NCBI RefSeq assembly: GCF_030028105.1
Contig: NC_092379.1
Span: forward strand, 45,804,150 to 45,868,149
Reading direction: 5' to 3'
DNA: 64,000 nt
Source: Mobula birostris
Lineage: Eukaryota
A model generated the notes under the pieces. It was not told where the DNA came from. It saw only the letters and a program-made list of their open reading frames with translations, and ran no database searches. Positions 38,720-51,764 of the stretch are shown here, piece by piece (position 1 is the first letter of the stretch; each line of letters begins with the position of its first letter). A program made the translations under genes and the position numbers.

Positions 38720-39560
38720 GCGATCTACAAAGAATCGCTTGATTATGCAATGGTTTCAGAGGATTGCAAAATTACAAAGGCCACTCCACTCTTTCAAAAG
38801 GAAGGGAGGCAAAAGGCAGAACATTGCAGGCCAGGTACACTAACTTCAGTGCTGTAGTGCATTACTAAGGATGAAGTTTTGGGGTACTTGGAGGCACAGG
38901 ATAAAATAAAATGGTCTCCTGAAGATGAAGTCTTGCCTGACAAATCTGTTGCAATGTTTTAGAGAAATAAATACAGGACAGACCAAGAAGAGCCAGTAGA
39001 TGTTGTCTACATGGATCTTTAGAAGGCCCGTTGATGGTAGGAAGCCAATGATGGAAGTGTTGATGAAGTAGCAAGTCCACAGAAAGAGTTAGATGGATTA
39101 GAAGAATGGCCAAATAAATGGCAGATAGAATAAAGTGCAGGGAAGTGCATGGTAATGCGCTTTGGTCAGAGGAATAAAGGCGTGGACTATTTTCCACACG
39201 GAGAGAATTATCCCTCTCCAGCCCATTCTCCTGCCTTCTCTCGGTAATCATTGACTCTCTTACTAAATCAAGAACACATCAACCTCCACTGGAATACTGT
39301 GAGCAATTGTGTCACGTTATCTAAGAAAGAATATGCTGTCATTTGAGATGATCCGGAAGTGGTTCATGAGAATGATCCCGAAATTAAATGGTTTTCGTAG
39401 GAGTTGCATTTGATGGCCCTGGGTCTGAACTCGCTGGAGTTCAAAATAATGAGGGGGATCTCATTGAAGCATATTGAGTATTGAATGACCTAGATAGAGC
39501 GGAGGTGGGGAAGGAGCTTCCTATAGTGGATAAATCTGATCAGAGGGCAAAGCCTCAGAA
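38720..39560. mobile_element. Jumbled CR1 fragments in both orientations
   Basis: CR1 RT-like plus segment at 38720-39200 and 3'-end minus segment at 39200-39480. Confidence 0.6.
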
Positions 39561-39919
39561 CACAAAGAACCCACAACCTCATATCTGCAAACCCCGTCTC
39601 TATTTTGTCCCGCTTAGTTCATTCCTATCCCTAACAACAACTCTACCTTCCTACATTCGTGACACATCACATGTTCTCCATCACTTCAACAACTTTCGGT
39701 TTCATAATTGCCTTATTTTCACTATGGACATCCTGTTCCTATCCACATCTATCCCTCATTGTGAAGACCTTATGAAGCTGCAGTTGACGGCCTGCTACCC
39801 TGGCATTCTTGATACAAATGTGAATTCATTGATCCCTCAACGATTGCAAGCTATCCAGGCCGCAAGAACGCAAAACAGCCCAAAATCATGGTTCACAATT
39901 GGGGTGAGGTTTTGGTGTT

Positions 39920-40600
39920 AGTGTGCAGTGCCTTTTTACCTCCAAACACAGCAATATGCATTTCTGCCAAAAAGATCAACTTTTGTCTCAGCTGTCCAAA
40001 GGGCGTTGTCCCAGAAGTGTTGTAGAACATCCAGGTGGGCGTTTTCAAACGTCAGACATACAGCAATGTGTGTTGTTGTTGTTGTTTTTTTTTTGGGCAG
40101 CAACTCTTTCAGTCGTGGTGTCCTTCCAAGAAAACCTTTCTTGTTCAGTTTTTTCTTATAGTGGACACATGTACAGAGATTTTAACAAGTTCTAGAGATT
40201 TCTGCAGGTCTTGTACTGTTTTCATTGGGTTCTTTTTCACCTCCCTCAGCACTGCACGATGTGCTTTTGTTGTGATTTTTGCAGGATGCGCACTCCTAGG
40301 GAATGTAGCAACAGTATTTAGTTTCCTCCAATATCTCTTTCTGTGGAATGATGAACACTCTTGTCTTTAGAAAGGCTTTAGTAACCTTTTCCAGTTTCAA
40401 ACATCTCCACAATTCTTCTTCAAAGGTCCTCTGAAAGTTGTTCTGATTGAGGCTTGGTGCCTCTTTCTTGAGACAGCAGACTCTGTCAGTAACCGGAATC
40501 TGTGTGTTGTTTTTTTTTTATAGGGTAGGACACCTCTGTAACCCACACCTCAAATCTCATCTCATTGATTGGAACACCTGACTCCAAATAACCTTTTATG
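39920..40600 (-). mobile_element. Tc1/mariner transposase N-terminal fragment
   Basis: Minus strand reads PQSEQLSEDLRRRIVEMFETGKGY...FWDNALWTAETKVDLFGRN..VWR, Tc1-like; degenerate. Confidence 0.8.
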
Positions 40601-41344
40601 TGCGACCCCACACAACCTCGTCTATGACTATCTGTGGAAGCCTGGGAAAATCATGGCATTTCCGTTCAGATGCTCTGAAGACTGCTTGAATTCGGCACAG
40701 TCCACTGACTCAAAGCAATCTTGTAGCCGTTCTTCTACCTCCCAGGATCAGCTCATTGTTGGCCGTACCTCTGAAGCCTTGCACTTTGGCCCATGCTTGT
40801 ATGCATATTGGAGGAGAACAGCCAGATACTCAGATTTCGCAAAATGCTGGGTAGAGATCGAATGATAGGCATTCCTAATCGTAGTATGACCGTGGCCAAG
40901 TGTGTTGAGACCTCTTGTACTCCAAGTGATATGGTGATGATAACTTGCCAGAGATTTTTACAAATAAGCCTAAATGAAGTACCCTACAATGATTTCCATG
41001 ATGTTGTGGTACGCAGTTTCTTGTTTCTTCATCGTGGCACTCAATCCCTCAAGTGCTTGCTTTTGTCAGCTTGTGAACTGCAGCCAGGCCCACTAAGGAT
41101 AACTCTCTCAGCACGTAGAACATATGGCACATAATCATAGATGTTACAGGTCAGGTGAACAAGATGTTCCAGGTACGTCTGAACACCACAAGTAGCTTCT
41201 TCAGGAAACACAGTGCTCCAGCTCTTGCCCTTCCTGACTCAGAATTTTGGTCCATCTTGTTTCGAAAAGCCCTCGGGCTAATCCACTGTAATCAGCTTCT
41301 CTGGAGTGAGCCATGTCCACTGCAGCGGACAATGCAACAATTCC

Positions 41345-41590
41345 CTAGCGATGTACCTTCATGGGGCAGGAGCAGGCACAAACAATAGGCCTACCCGGAG
41401 AGTCAGCTTTGTGGATCTTAGGTAGGTAGTAGTAACGTGAAGTGCGGGGTAAATAAACAATGAGTTTGTTGACAGTGTATTGGAAACCTTCAGAGTTGAT
41501 GAGGTTGATGATAGTATTGGAGATAATGTCCTGATGGTCCTGACTGCGGTCCTTTTCAAGGGGCAAGTAAAAGGAGGTGCTGAGAGTTGT
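41345..41590 (-). mobile_element. Penelope-like RT N-terminal fragment
   Basis: YYLPKIHKADSPGRPIV motif. Confidence 0.75.
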
Positions 41591-41929
41591 CACCAGGCCT
41601 CACCAAGGTAGATCGCAGTCCGCCACACCACAACAGCACCCCTTTATTTGCGGGTTTGATGGTAAGGTTTGGATTGCTGGGGAAAGAGTGGATGGCAGTG
41701 CGTTCAGACGGTCTGAAGTTCGAAGAGGAGAATGGAGTGCTGAATCTGAGCCGAATGATGTCTCGTCAATAATGAAAACATTCAGGATAGAAAACCAGAA
41801 GAGGGTGTCAAAGAAGAGGAGGAAGGCTAGAGACTTTTGAAGTGGTAATTATTGCGGGGTCGGGGTTCTTTGCCTTTGAAATGGGGAGCCCACACTGTTG
41901 AGTCTCTCTGCTTCATTTGCAATCCGGAA

Positions 41930-42403
41930 TTTCCCAGTGAGCATCCATATTCATTTTTTATCCACATTCCCTTTCTGACTTGTCAGTCCATGGCCACCTC
42001 TTCTTCATTGATGAGGACACTCTCAAATTGAAGGAGTAACAGCTCATATTCCATCTAGGTAGCTTCCAACCTGATGGCATGAACATCGATTTCTCCAAAT
42101 TCTGATACTTCTGCTCCCCATTCCCTCTTCTTCAATTCACCTCTCTGGCTTCTTAAGCCTGTCACCTCTCACTGGTGCCCCTCCTCCTCACGTTCTCCTT
42201 TGATACACCTTCATATCCTACTAGATTAAGCTTCTAACCTCATTGCCCCTCCTCTACCCACCTATCACCTTCTAGCTTGTTTGCTTTCTTATTCTGGCAT
42301 CTTCCTCTTCCTTTCCAGTCCTGATGAAGGATCTCGGGCCGAAACGTTTCCATAGATGCTGCCTGGTCTGCTGAGTTCCTCCAGCATTTTGTGTGTGTGT
42401 TGC
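41930..42403 (+). mobile_element. Penelope-like GIY-YIG C-terminus and 3'UTR
   Basis: Homologous to 33001-33576; hammerhead core ctgatga...gaaacgt at 42321-42347. Confidence 0.75.
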
Positions 42404-42409
42404 TCGGGA

Positions 42410-42890
42410 GTGATGGCAGAAGTTAATTAGTTGCTATGGGAATCCCCAAAAATACAAACGGGTATCGGGTTTCATTTTGCCGGACAACCAGTAAAGTACT
42501 GGGCTTCCAGGAAAAGCATTTATTTGGCATATCAGGGACCATATTACCCCTAAGCATCAGGCTGAGTGAGAGGATGAATGAACTTTAGAAACAGCAGATT
42601 AATTTATGGATATCAAACCACACCTTACAGTGGTGGCTGACTGCACTACTCCAAGCCCTGTACAACTTGAATGAGAGACCCTTTTCCAAAGGTCATCGAT
42701 TACAAGAATGTACTTTGGAACCGGAGGAAGAGGCGTGCACTGTAGAAGGATTTCCCAGGGGAAGGCAAGTATGGGTGTACATTCCAAATGATTTCTATTA
42801 CAATGGGGAGGCTGTTTCAAAGGGAGATGGTAACTTTTGTCTGTACTGGGCAGAACATCTCGTATTTAAACAGGAAGAAATCGAATGAGA
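42410..42890 (+). mobile_element. Retroviral-type (ERV-like) integrase fragment
   Basis: Across two frameshifts: LISCYGNPQKIQT..GFHFAGQPVKYWASRKSI...PYYP*ASGLSERMNEL*KQQI...WLTALLQALYNLNERP...GRQVWVY. Confidence 0.72.
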
Positions 42891-45120
42891 GTGATTTAAG
42901 ACAAATAATAAACAAATGTTTTGCTTATTTTAGGTGAAATTAGGATGCTGGATGTAATCCGATCATCAACATGGACCATGCTCCAGGGAGAATGCGATCT
43001 GAATGCGCGAGAAAGAGTCACGAAAGTTGTACCTCCACGGAACTTTTTTCCTCACTTCAATGGGTTTAACCTCGACTGACTAACCACACAATGGAATACA
43101 ACCGCATGTTGTCAAAGCAAATGAGATATTGTGTGATCCCGATTTTAGGAATAGGTTTTGGAATTGGGAGATCATTGTCCAGATACACCCTTAACTTAGA
43201 ATCCTTTCAAATCGTTCGATAACTGTGATACTAGTACTGCTTGTAGTGCAGTTTCTCTTAGCTTCCTGCCTGAAGGGAGATATTAGCCGATTGTAGCATC
43301 AGCTCCCAACTATAAAGTATGATTTATTACCCATATGGAACTTTAATTATAATATTCCTGTTGATATTAAGTTTGTACTTACTGTAGTTTAGTTTTTGCA
43401 AAGTAGTATTTTGCTTTTTGGTATAATAGATCATGAAGTGAAGTGTAAGAAAAGAATAAAATGTGACCCGTCTTTGATAAATGCCAAGATTCCACAACAA
43501 AATGGTGTCAGATTTGAATGTGGTGACAGTCGGGAGAGAGAGAGATTATTCTTTACATAATTCGAATCAAGTAAATACTACAACCTTTAAAATGCTTTTT
43601 TTTGTGTGTCATGCATCTTGCTGTTGAATAAGAAAGAGAAAGGAGCGAACTTTAAATTATTTTTGGTAGAAGAGGCTCTAAGAATATCCCTATCTTCAAT
43701 GATGGTGGGACATAATATGACTGTACACGATTGTGACATCAGTGAGCATGTTCAACCCTAAGTGCTGGACAATTGATTAATCTCCACTTCCTCCTGGTAT
43801 CTCCACCTCCAGGAAAGACACTCTACAACCTACTAGATTCAGTCCACACCATATCAGGAAAAGTCTGAAAGGACTGGGTACAGCAAATGTTTTTGCATTC
43901 ATCTAAGTCCCAGCAATAGCTCAACTGAGCTTGCAGATTACCGAGAAGGCAATGCGTATCAGCACACAGACCTAATGTGGGATAATATGATTTAATTCGT
44001 ATGGACAAAGAGTCAGATTGGATGTGGTAGACAAAAGACCATCATCTATGTTGTATGATTCTATGCCTCTCTGACCTGAAGTAGCTGCGCCTCCAGCCAG
44101 GCTCGTCTGGTACACGTGCATCTGAATGGCAATTTGAAACAAATGTCCAAAGAAAGTCCCGTGTCTGAAAAACAGAACAACTGCAATTCAACAAATTATA
44201 AACCGCACAGCTCACTCTTAATCATTATTAAAATAACAGGTGTAATCAATAAGAGTTGTGAAATGACACCTGATTATCAGTGTCCAGCTTGAGAGTTGCC
44301 AGGTTTTATAGTTTCCAGTCATCATCAAAACTGTGTTCTAAACCTTATCCAATTGATTTATAAATAAAAAATCATAAATATCTCTGGATGAATTTTGTGG
44401 CGGGGTGGTTATAAGTACCAGATTGTTCAACATCCACATATTTGCGGGTGCTGTTTTCCTTTCGAATAAAAATTAATAACTCTTGAACCAAGTGCAAGCA
44501 AAGCATAGATATCGTTCATGTACATCATTCTGGACTCTATTTTTACATGTTGCGATTTATTGAATTCATAGAAATCTGGAATGAATCAACATACTGTATG
44601 GCCAATCTGTCCTATTGGAAATCTAGAGTGCCGTTTCAACCAGCAGCCTTCCCCCTTGTCTGTACTGGTGATCATTTAGTTTCAAACTGTCTATTAATTG
44701 AAAATAGTTGTTGAATTTCTTTTCACTTGCCAGAATATAAGAACTCGCGGAGTAAATACAATACTCCCATTGGTTTATTGTCAAATATTTAACATTATTG
44801 CCCGCTGGTCTTCAGCTCTTCAGAATTTCAAATATGATTCTTCAGTTTTTTTTCAATCAAATGACCAAATAACATCGAATACGTCCATGAAATATCTCGT
44901 TAATCTCCATTATCCTTGGAGGAAAAGTTCAGGCATCTCCTGGTTCCACTCCTGACTATGAAAGATTCTGGTGATCAAGCAACAAAATGCAAAGTCAAGT
45001 GCAGATCACCCAGTATCTCAGGAATGACTGAGCAGTCTTGAAGAGAACCATATTTCCACGACGTATGCTTATGTTCTCATTTAGCACTCAGTATCACCAA
45101 AGGAATTAATATCCTTTCAA

Positions 45121-45320
45121 CGCAAACAACAGGAATTCTGCAGATGCTGGAAATTCAAGCAACACACATAAAAGTTGCTGGTGAACGCAGCAGGCCAGGC
45201 AGCATCGCTAGGAAGAGGTACAGTCGACGTTTCAGGCTGAGATCCTTCGTCAGGATTAACTGAAGGAAGAGTGAGATGCTGCCTGGCCTGCTGCGTTCAC
45301 TAGCAACTTTTATGTGTGTT
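45121..45320 (-). mobile_element. 200-nt Penelope-derived insertion with hammerhead motif and short inverted arm
   Basis: TSD aatatcctttcaa at 45108-45120 and 45321-45333; inverted arms at ~45161-45206 and ~45275-45320. Confidence 0.9.
45221..45257 (-). ncRNA. Hammerhead ribozyme motif
   Basis: Minus strand reads aatc-CTGACGA-AGG atctcag CCT-GAAACGTC-gactg; core intact, one stem I mismatch. Confidence 0.75.
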
Positions 45321-45399
45321 AATATCCTTTCAAATCTGTTCTAGTTTGATTTCTAAGCTGAGGCCTAATCACTATACATTAAAACTCTGATCAAAATTC

Positions 45400-45960
45400 A
45401 GGATTCAAGATTCAAGATTGCTTAATGTAATTCCCTGTACACAAATGTATAGGAAACAAAATAATTGTTATTCTGAATCCAATGCAGTAAAAAACGCAAC
45501 AAGGTGAAATCGTAATAACAATACTAATGAGCGTGCATGGTTATGCCCATAACTCAGGTTTTACCAACTTGAGCTTAGAAAATATAAATAGTGATAACAT
45601 ATTAAATGTAAGTATGGAAGATAGATTGTATACGTGAATTGATCTTATCCATGAAGTGACGCAAAGCACAGGATTGTCTGAGTGTAAGGTGACTGACAGG
45701 AAATTTTAAAGTAGTTGTGGTTGGGGGTGTGGAGGGGTGGCTTGTGAGTGCTGGTGTTGATCGACATTACTACTTCTGGAAACTAACTGTTTTTGGGTCT
45801 GGTGGTCCTCGTGTAAATGCTACATATCGTCCTCCCTAATGGGAGAGGGACAGACACTCCCTCAACAGGGTGGGGAGGATCTTTTATGATTTTACTGGCC
45901 TTTTTCTGACACCTCCCTGCATATATCCCTTTGATGGCGAGTAGGGTGGAAACTGCACTC
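45400..45960 (-). mobile_element. Rex1/Babar-like LINE 3' fragment
   Basis: (GATTCAA)n-type tail at ~45400 and similarity to 22143-22600. Confidence 0.55.
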
Positions 45961-47629
45961 TGATGAAGAGGTCAGCTCTATAATGGGTATTCGAGACTGC
46001 CCAGAGCATCACGGGCAAACCTGCATAATTTAAATTCGATGCATAAATTAAGAAAGTCTATTTATCTCTACTTTACAGGAATAAATCCTGACTGATTAAT
46101 GCATTCTTGTGTTCCGCACTTCTAAAATCTGTCCACTAGGTTGCTGACTTGTGTCATTACATCTGCAGAACTACAGCCTAATCACACAAGCTGGTGTTGA
46201 AATCATTTGTTTATTTTGCCATTCTTACTCACAAGGAAGTTAATGGTGATCTTACCCTTGTTATCACTGTCTAGCACCTCTTGTTGTTTCCTGCTCGTAT
46301 TCCGGTTTGCATAGCTCAGTCATATTCCGAATAGCTATGTTGGTTTCATTGCGGATATGGAAATGTGTGCATGCTGTGGGTTCGCCACTGATTAACATAT
46401 TAATGTTTTGCACGTGAAGAGACTTAGTATCTAGAATTTAGTCATACCTAGTTCCCCGGTTAGTAAACATACTGAAGGGATTTAGTACAATAATTAATTT
46501 ACTTACACAATGTTCAGTCTGTAAATAGAAAGCAAGCATTGTTGGTATGTAATGCACGTAGGTCCCTATGATTTGAAATAAAGTTTGCAAAAATGTTCAT
46601 CTTAGATAATATGCTGATATATTGCAGGAAGATAGTGTGCAGCTGGCCGAGTGGTAACTGAGCACCGGAGCCACGCAGCCACCTGTCCTGTCATATTAAT
46701 ATCTGGAGTCTAATACTAAAAGCACACTAGCTCTCTGGAGGTTATGATGAATGCCTTATTTCAAAGTCTATCTGTTAATCATCTGTGACTGTGATTGCCG
46801 AGTTTTATCCATGGAAAGGATTCATCCACTCTTAAAACATTAGCCAATTTGTCATCAAAGTCTATCGTACCCATTTGCCAGGAAGACATTTTAGATCTGG
46901 TTTGTTTGGTAAAGGTACATTCTAACTTCCCTCCAAGTTTACCTGACATGAAAGTCAGATAAATTATCAGGAGAAAGGTTTCTGACTAAAGGGCTTTTGG
47001 AAGGGTTGGAACACCCAAAATTTAGGCTGTGTTCCTATGCTCTCAATTGTACCAAAGATCTACAAGTTCACTAACTTCAAACAAACACATATTGGAATAT
47101 AGAATAACTGTCAGAATCATGTTATTCTCTGTCGAGGGCAAGATAACACATCTTGTTCTGAACAGATTGTTGAGGTTTTCTGAAATGGATGCCATAAAAA
47201 CTTCCTGCGAAAATGCCAGTTCCTTCTTTTAGTTCCTTTACAATTTGGAAGCTTTATGCTATATATGGCCTCGGGGCAGACCCTAGGATTTATTTTTAAA
47301 CGAAAATAATCAGAATCAAAATGGCTGCACACCTGTCAATATTTAGGTGCTTGAAATTATACAGGGAGGACCGAAATTGAGGCTCTGAAAACATCTACAG
47401 TATTAATTTTGTAATTTGATGTAAATTCTGATTACTTGTTTTATACGTTTTGTATTTCAGAATTAAACTATGATTAGTTCTATTAAAAATGGGTTATGTT
47501 CCTTTACAGAAAATAGTGAAAAGCGCAGATGAGCGGGGACATTGGAAATCGGAAGTATAATATCTTAGATAATACTTAACAGTAAAAAAATGACACCTCT
47601 GGAAGCATTGCGTTCCTGCTTATGGAGCT

Positions 47630-48990
47630 TTCAAGAAAGGTGAAAAGGACAGTTAAGAAGAAAATGCAACACAAGTTACGGAAGGAACTCAGCAGTTCAG
47701 GTGGCATCTACGGCGGCAAGTGAACAGCAGACATTTCCTCCACCATTGATGCTGCTCTCACCCACATGTACTCCATTTCCTAGACGTCCGCACTCACCCG
47801 ATCTTACCGCCACCTTGAGAGTAATTCTTCTTTTCCTTTCTGCCACCGCTGAGTTTTCGTATTCAGCACATCATCCTCTGCAACTTTAGCCATCTTCCAC
47901 GGGATGCTACCACTAAACACAACTGGACTTTCTCCAACCCTGTCCCATTTTCCACAGGGATCACTCCCTCTGTGATTTCCTTGTGCATTCATTCCTCCCC
48001 CCTAATCTCCACTCTGGTACTTATGCTGCCAACAGCAGAAGTGAACTGCTGCGCATTGACCTCCTCCATCATCTCCATTCAGGGCCATAAACGCCCTTCC
48101 AGCTGAGGCAACACCTCACTTGCATATCGGTGTTTAACGTGTCCGATACTCCGGGCGTGGTCTCTTCTACGTTGCTGAGATCTGATGTACAATATATTGA
48201 GGGGCCGCTTTGTGAGCCCTTCAATTGCATCGCTAAAAGAGAAATTTCTGGGTGGCCAATAATTTCAATTCTGATCTCCATTTCTGTTCCAACATGTTGA
48301 TCCATGGTCTGCTCTTCTATCATGACGAGACCATTCTCATGTTGCAAGAGAAACACGTACTCTCTCTAGGTTGCCCTTAGCTGAATGGCATAAATTTCGA
48401 TGTTTGGAATTTCTGGTAATCCTTTCCTTCTCTCTTCTTTCTTCTTCAATTCCCCACTCTGGCCTCGTCCCTCTTTTCCTCAGCAACTTATTACTTTCCA
48501 TGGTGACCATCCTCCTTCCATTTCTCCCGTAATTCATTCTTCTCTCCCAAAAAAATTCTTCTTCTCCAGCTCGTTCCCTTTTGCACGTATCACCTCCCAT
48601 CTTCTCAGTTCAATCCCCCATCCCCACCCAGCTGCCTTCACCTTTTATTGTCCTCCTCCCCTCCCTCCAGCTTCATGTTCAGTACCTTCCCTCTTCCTTT
48701 CCAGTCCTGGTGAATGATCTCAGCCTGAGATGTCAACTGTTCATTAATTTCCCTAGATGCTGCCTGACTTGCTGAGTTCCTCCAGTATTTTTTGTGTGTT
48801 GCAGTCGAAATTTCAGACCGAGACCCTTTATCAAGACTGAAAAGGAGGAGGGCAGAAGCCGCATGAAACAGTGTGGGGACGGTAGAAGTACAAACAGGCG
48901 TGCGGCTGGTAAACCCAGGTGGGAGACGGAAAGGAAGTAACAGCGGGGAGGATGGAAGAGTGACAATGATGTGTTAAGATTGGACACGAT
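47630..48990. mobile_element. Penelope-like fragments in mixed orientation
   Basis: GIY-YIG and UTR homology at 48060-48800 (+), an inverted UTR piece at ~48803-48990, and degenerate hammerhead motifs at ~48703-48739 and ~48802-48840. Confidence 0.65.
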
Positions 48991-49475
48991 AGGTGGAGAA
49001 GAGCCATAGGACTAATGGTGAAAGTATATGGTAGCAAAGAACAATTCCTATTCAGTGTTGCACATACCTTTCGGCTATCGAGACAGCTTCAGATTTCTAC
49101 ATTCTGTATTTATTTGCCCTTCTTTTGATCAATCTGCCAATTTGCAGAACTAGCAACACGGCTTTGTACGTGAAAAGTTGTGGCTCACGAATTTGACTGA
49201 GCTTTTTGAGGACGTGTCCAAGATGATTGAGAGTAAATGTTTTCTCCACGGAATTTAGCAATGCTTTGAAAAGGTTCGGTCTGTCAGACTGCTCCAGAAG
49301 TTTGGCTGCATCATATGGGATCCAGTATGATCTGGACAAATGGCTGTAGAATTGATTTAGTGGGTTGAAGGCATGAAAACATACTGTAAGGTTGTTATTC
49401 AGATTGGAGGTCTTTGACTAGGGTGCCATGGAAATTGGTTATGGCTTCCCTGATGTTTCTGATATATTTTAAAAA

Positions 49476-51056
49476 CACAGGACATTTTTTTTAAGGAGCG
49501 TGTTGTTACCTCAGAGTTTCATTTTTGGTTCTGATAGACACATTGAGGATTAATACAAACATAATTGCATCACGCAGGAATTTGGAGAAAGAAGAAATTA
49601 ACTTTTATTGAATATAATGCATTTAATTGCAGTGTGCTGCTGACGCTTTGCAATTGTTCAACAGCGACACTCTTCCAGTGATGATTTTCGTTTGTACTCA
49701 GCGTCTGAGGCTTCTCGCTTAAGTGCCCAACAGTAATCGGCCAGCATTGACTGATCCCAGTAGCCCTGATACTGTTTCTCTGGGCCCGCAATGTTCCAGA
49801 AAAAAACTTTCACCATGGTTGCCACTAACAGCGCAAAAAATTGCAGAGAAGAATAAATGGGCATGTAGAAAAGGAATCTTTAGTGACATGTTGCAATTCA
49901 CGGTTTCGTATGCCTTTAAGCATGTCAATCAGCACTGGTGCACTGCAGTTGCCAACAACATTTTCAATAACTCCCTTGAATGCCTTCCATGCGATTCTCT
50001 CTCGTCCAACTAGAAGTTTTTTTTTTTCAAATTGCCTGTCATTGATGGCCTTTTTCATTTATAGTCCAACTAAACAACTTCATTAATCTTCGCTTTAGCT
50101 ATTCTGGGAATCACCTGTCTCAAATATCGAAATCCTTCAGGAAATATTTGTGTCTGGTGACAGCAGATTTCATCCTTGCAGTTTTAAGCTCGGTAATTCT
50201 GCTTTGCATTTGACAAATCCAAGTTTCTGACCAGGTCATTTAACTCAGATTGAGTTATCAGATGAGGCTCACTCAACAGAAAAGTTTCAAAACCTGTATC
50301 AGTATCTGTGTCCTTTTCCATACCTGGCGTGTGCATCGGGGCAGCTGCGTTAGCTTTCTCTAGACTTCGTATCTCTGGTGGCTTCGCTACTGGAAGACAT
50401 TTGTCATGCGGCACATGGCTGAAGGGAGAATGAGGTATTCAATGGATTTCTTATTTTTAGCAGAGACACACTGGTTAGACAGAAGTAGTAGGTTGTCACA
50501 TGAACTTTTTGCTCTCGCCATATGATCGCGACAGCAAACGCCATTGACTTTCGAGCGCCTCTGAGCCAAGCTCTAAAAAGTACAGCGCGTGTTGCGCAAC
50601 AAATGTGAGGAGCCAAGGCTCTGTCTTGATCACGAATTTTGCCCCCAAAGTATAGCTTATATGTCTTAGTAACAAGCGGAGTCCTGCTCCGTCTTGGACA
50701 TTTAAGCGTAAACTTACCACAAATACAACAGAAAATATCACGGCTGTTGCAACATTGGCGAGACATCTTGCTGTCAGAAATACCACTGAAAATACAATTA
50801 CTTTATCATAATGAGTACATACAAGATGCCACGCGCACAGAGCATGCGTGTCAACGTGATCGCAAACCGATATGCAAGTAAATGCAATGCATAGAATAGT
50901 GTGTGCGTGATGCTTTTATCGCTTTTCCAAAAACAAGTCCTGCCGAGCTTATGGTGCGCGATGGGGATATTTCCTGGTTAGTTGCATGATCAGCAGCGCA
51001 ACATCCATGAGATACGCTTAAAGGTATTCACGAAGCAATATCTTTGTTGTCCAATG
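49476..51056 (-). mobile_element. Chapaev3-like (CMC) DNA transposon, internally deleted
   Basis: N-terminal zinc motif FCCICG...DQD..APH.C...WREQK.H...YFC (ATG at 50766), QSELNDLVR, AWKAFK, CNMSLK..FLHAHL, S..HGE, YQG.W...MLADYCW. Imperfect TIR cacaggaca / tgtccaatg. The superfamily call rests on motif recall. Confidence 0.65.
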
Positions 51057-51764
51057 TAACTTGGATGAGAATATCGGTGCCATGATTTGTAAACTTGTGG
51101 TTAACAGGAAAATTAGCATATAATGGAAAATGAAGACATTTACCCAAGTTCGTTCTCCAGATTTCCTGGGAAACTGATCATATCTCAAAATTGAATAGGT
51201 TGAATATATCTCAGACACGTGCGAAGTAATGCATTTTGAGTGCATAGTTGCCTGAAGGTTGCGACAGGTAGCCAGATTCTTGACGAAAGTGGAGGACATG
51301 AAAGCTTTCCTCGTCAGAAGACTAAGCACAGGCTCTGGGTGCCATGTCACAACTGCACAAGAGGTTTCATTATTTTATATCATTTTTGTGTTATCCAATT
51401 GTATCCTTAATAAATCATTATTTTTTTTTTCTTAAATGCTTTTTTTTTTGCAAGATTCATCATTTGGCAATAACCAGAATCTGTTTATCATGTTCCAACT
51501 TCCCACAACGTGTGATCTATAAATCGGAGCTCTTCATTTTATCTTACTCAGTACATACATGCCCTGACTTCTCACTAGTCCTTTGTTGAATTCTTCCAAA
51601 CTTCAGGACCACATCTTCAGAGCACTCCCATAAATTACAACTGTGCCTTGTAAAACTATCATATCTGTCTAAGACAGCAACAGACAACATATCTTCTGCA
51701 CACTAGCATGTAACTTAAGGCTCCGTTCGATGGGTTTCAACTCCTCTCTGTTTGAAATTGGAAT

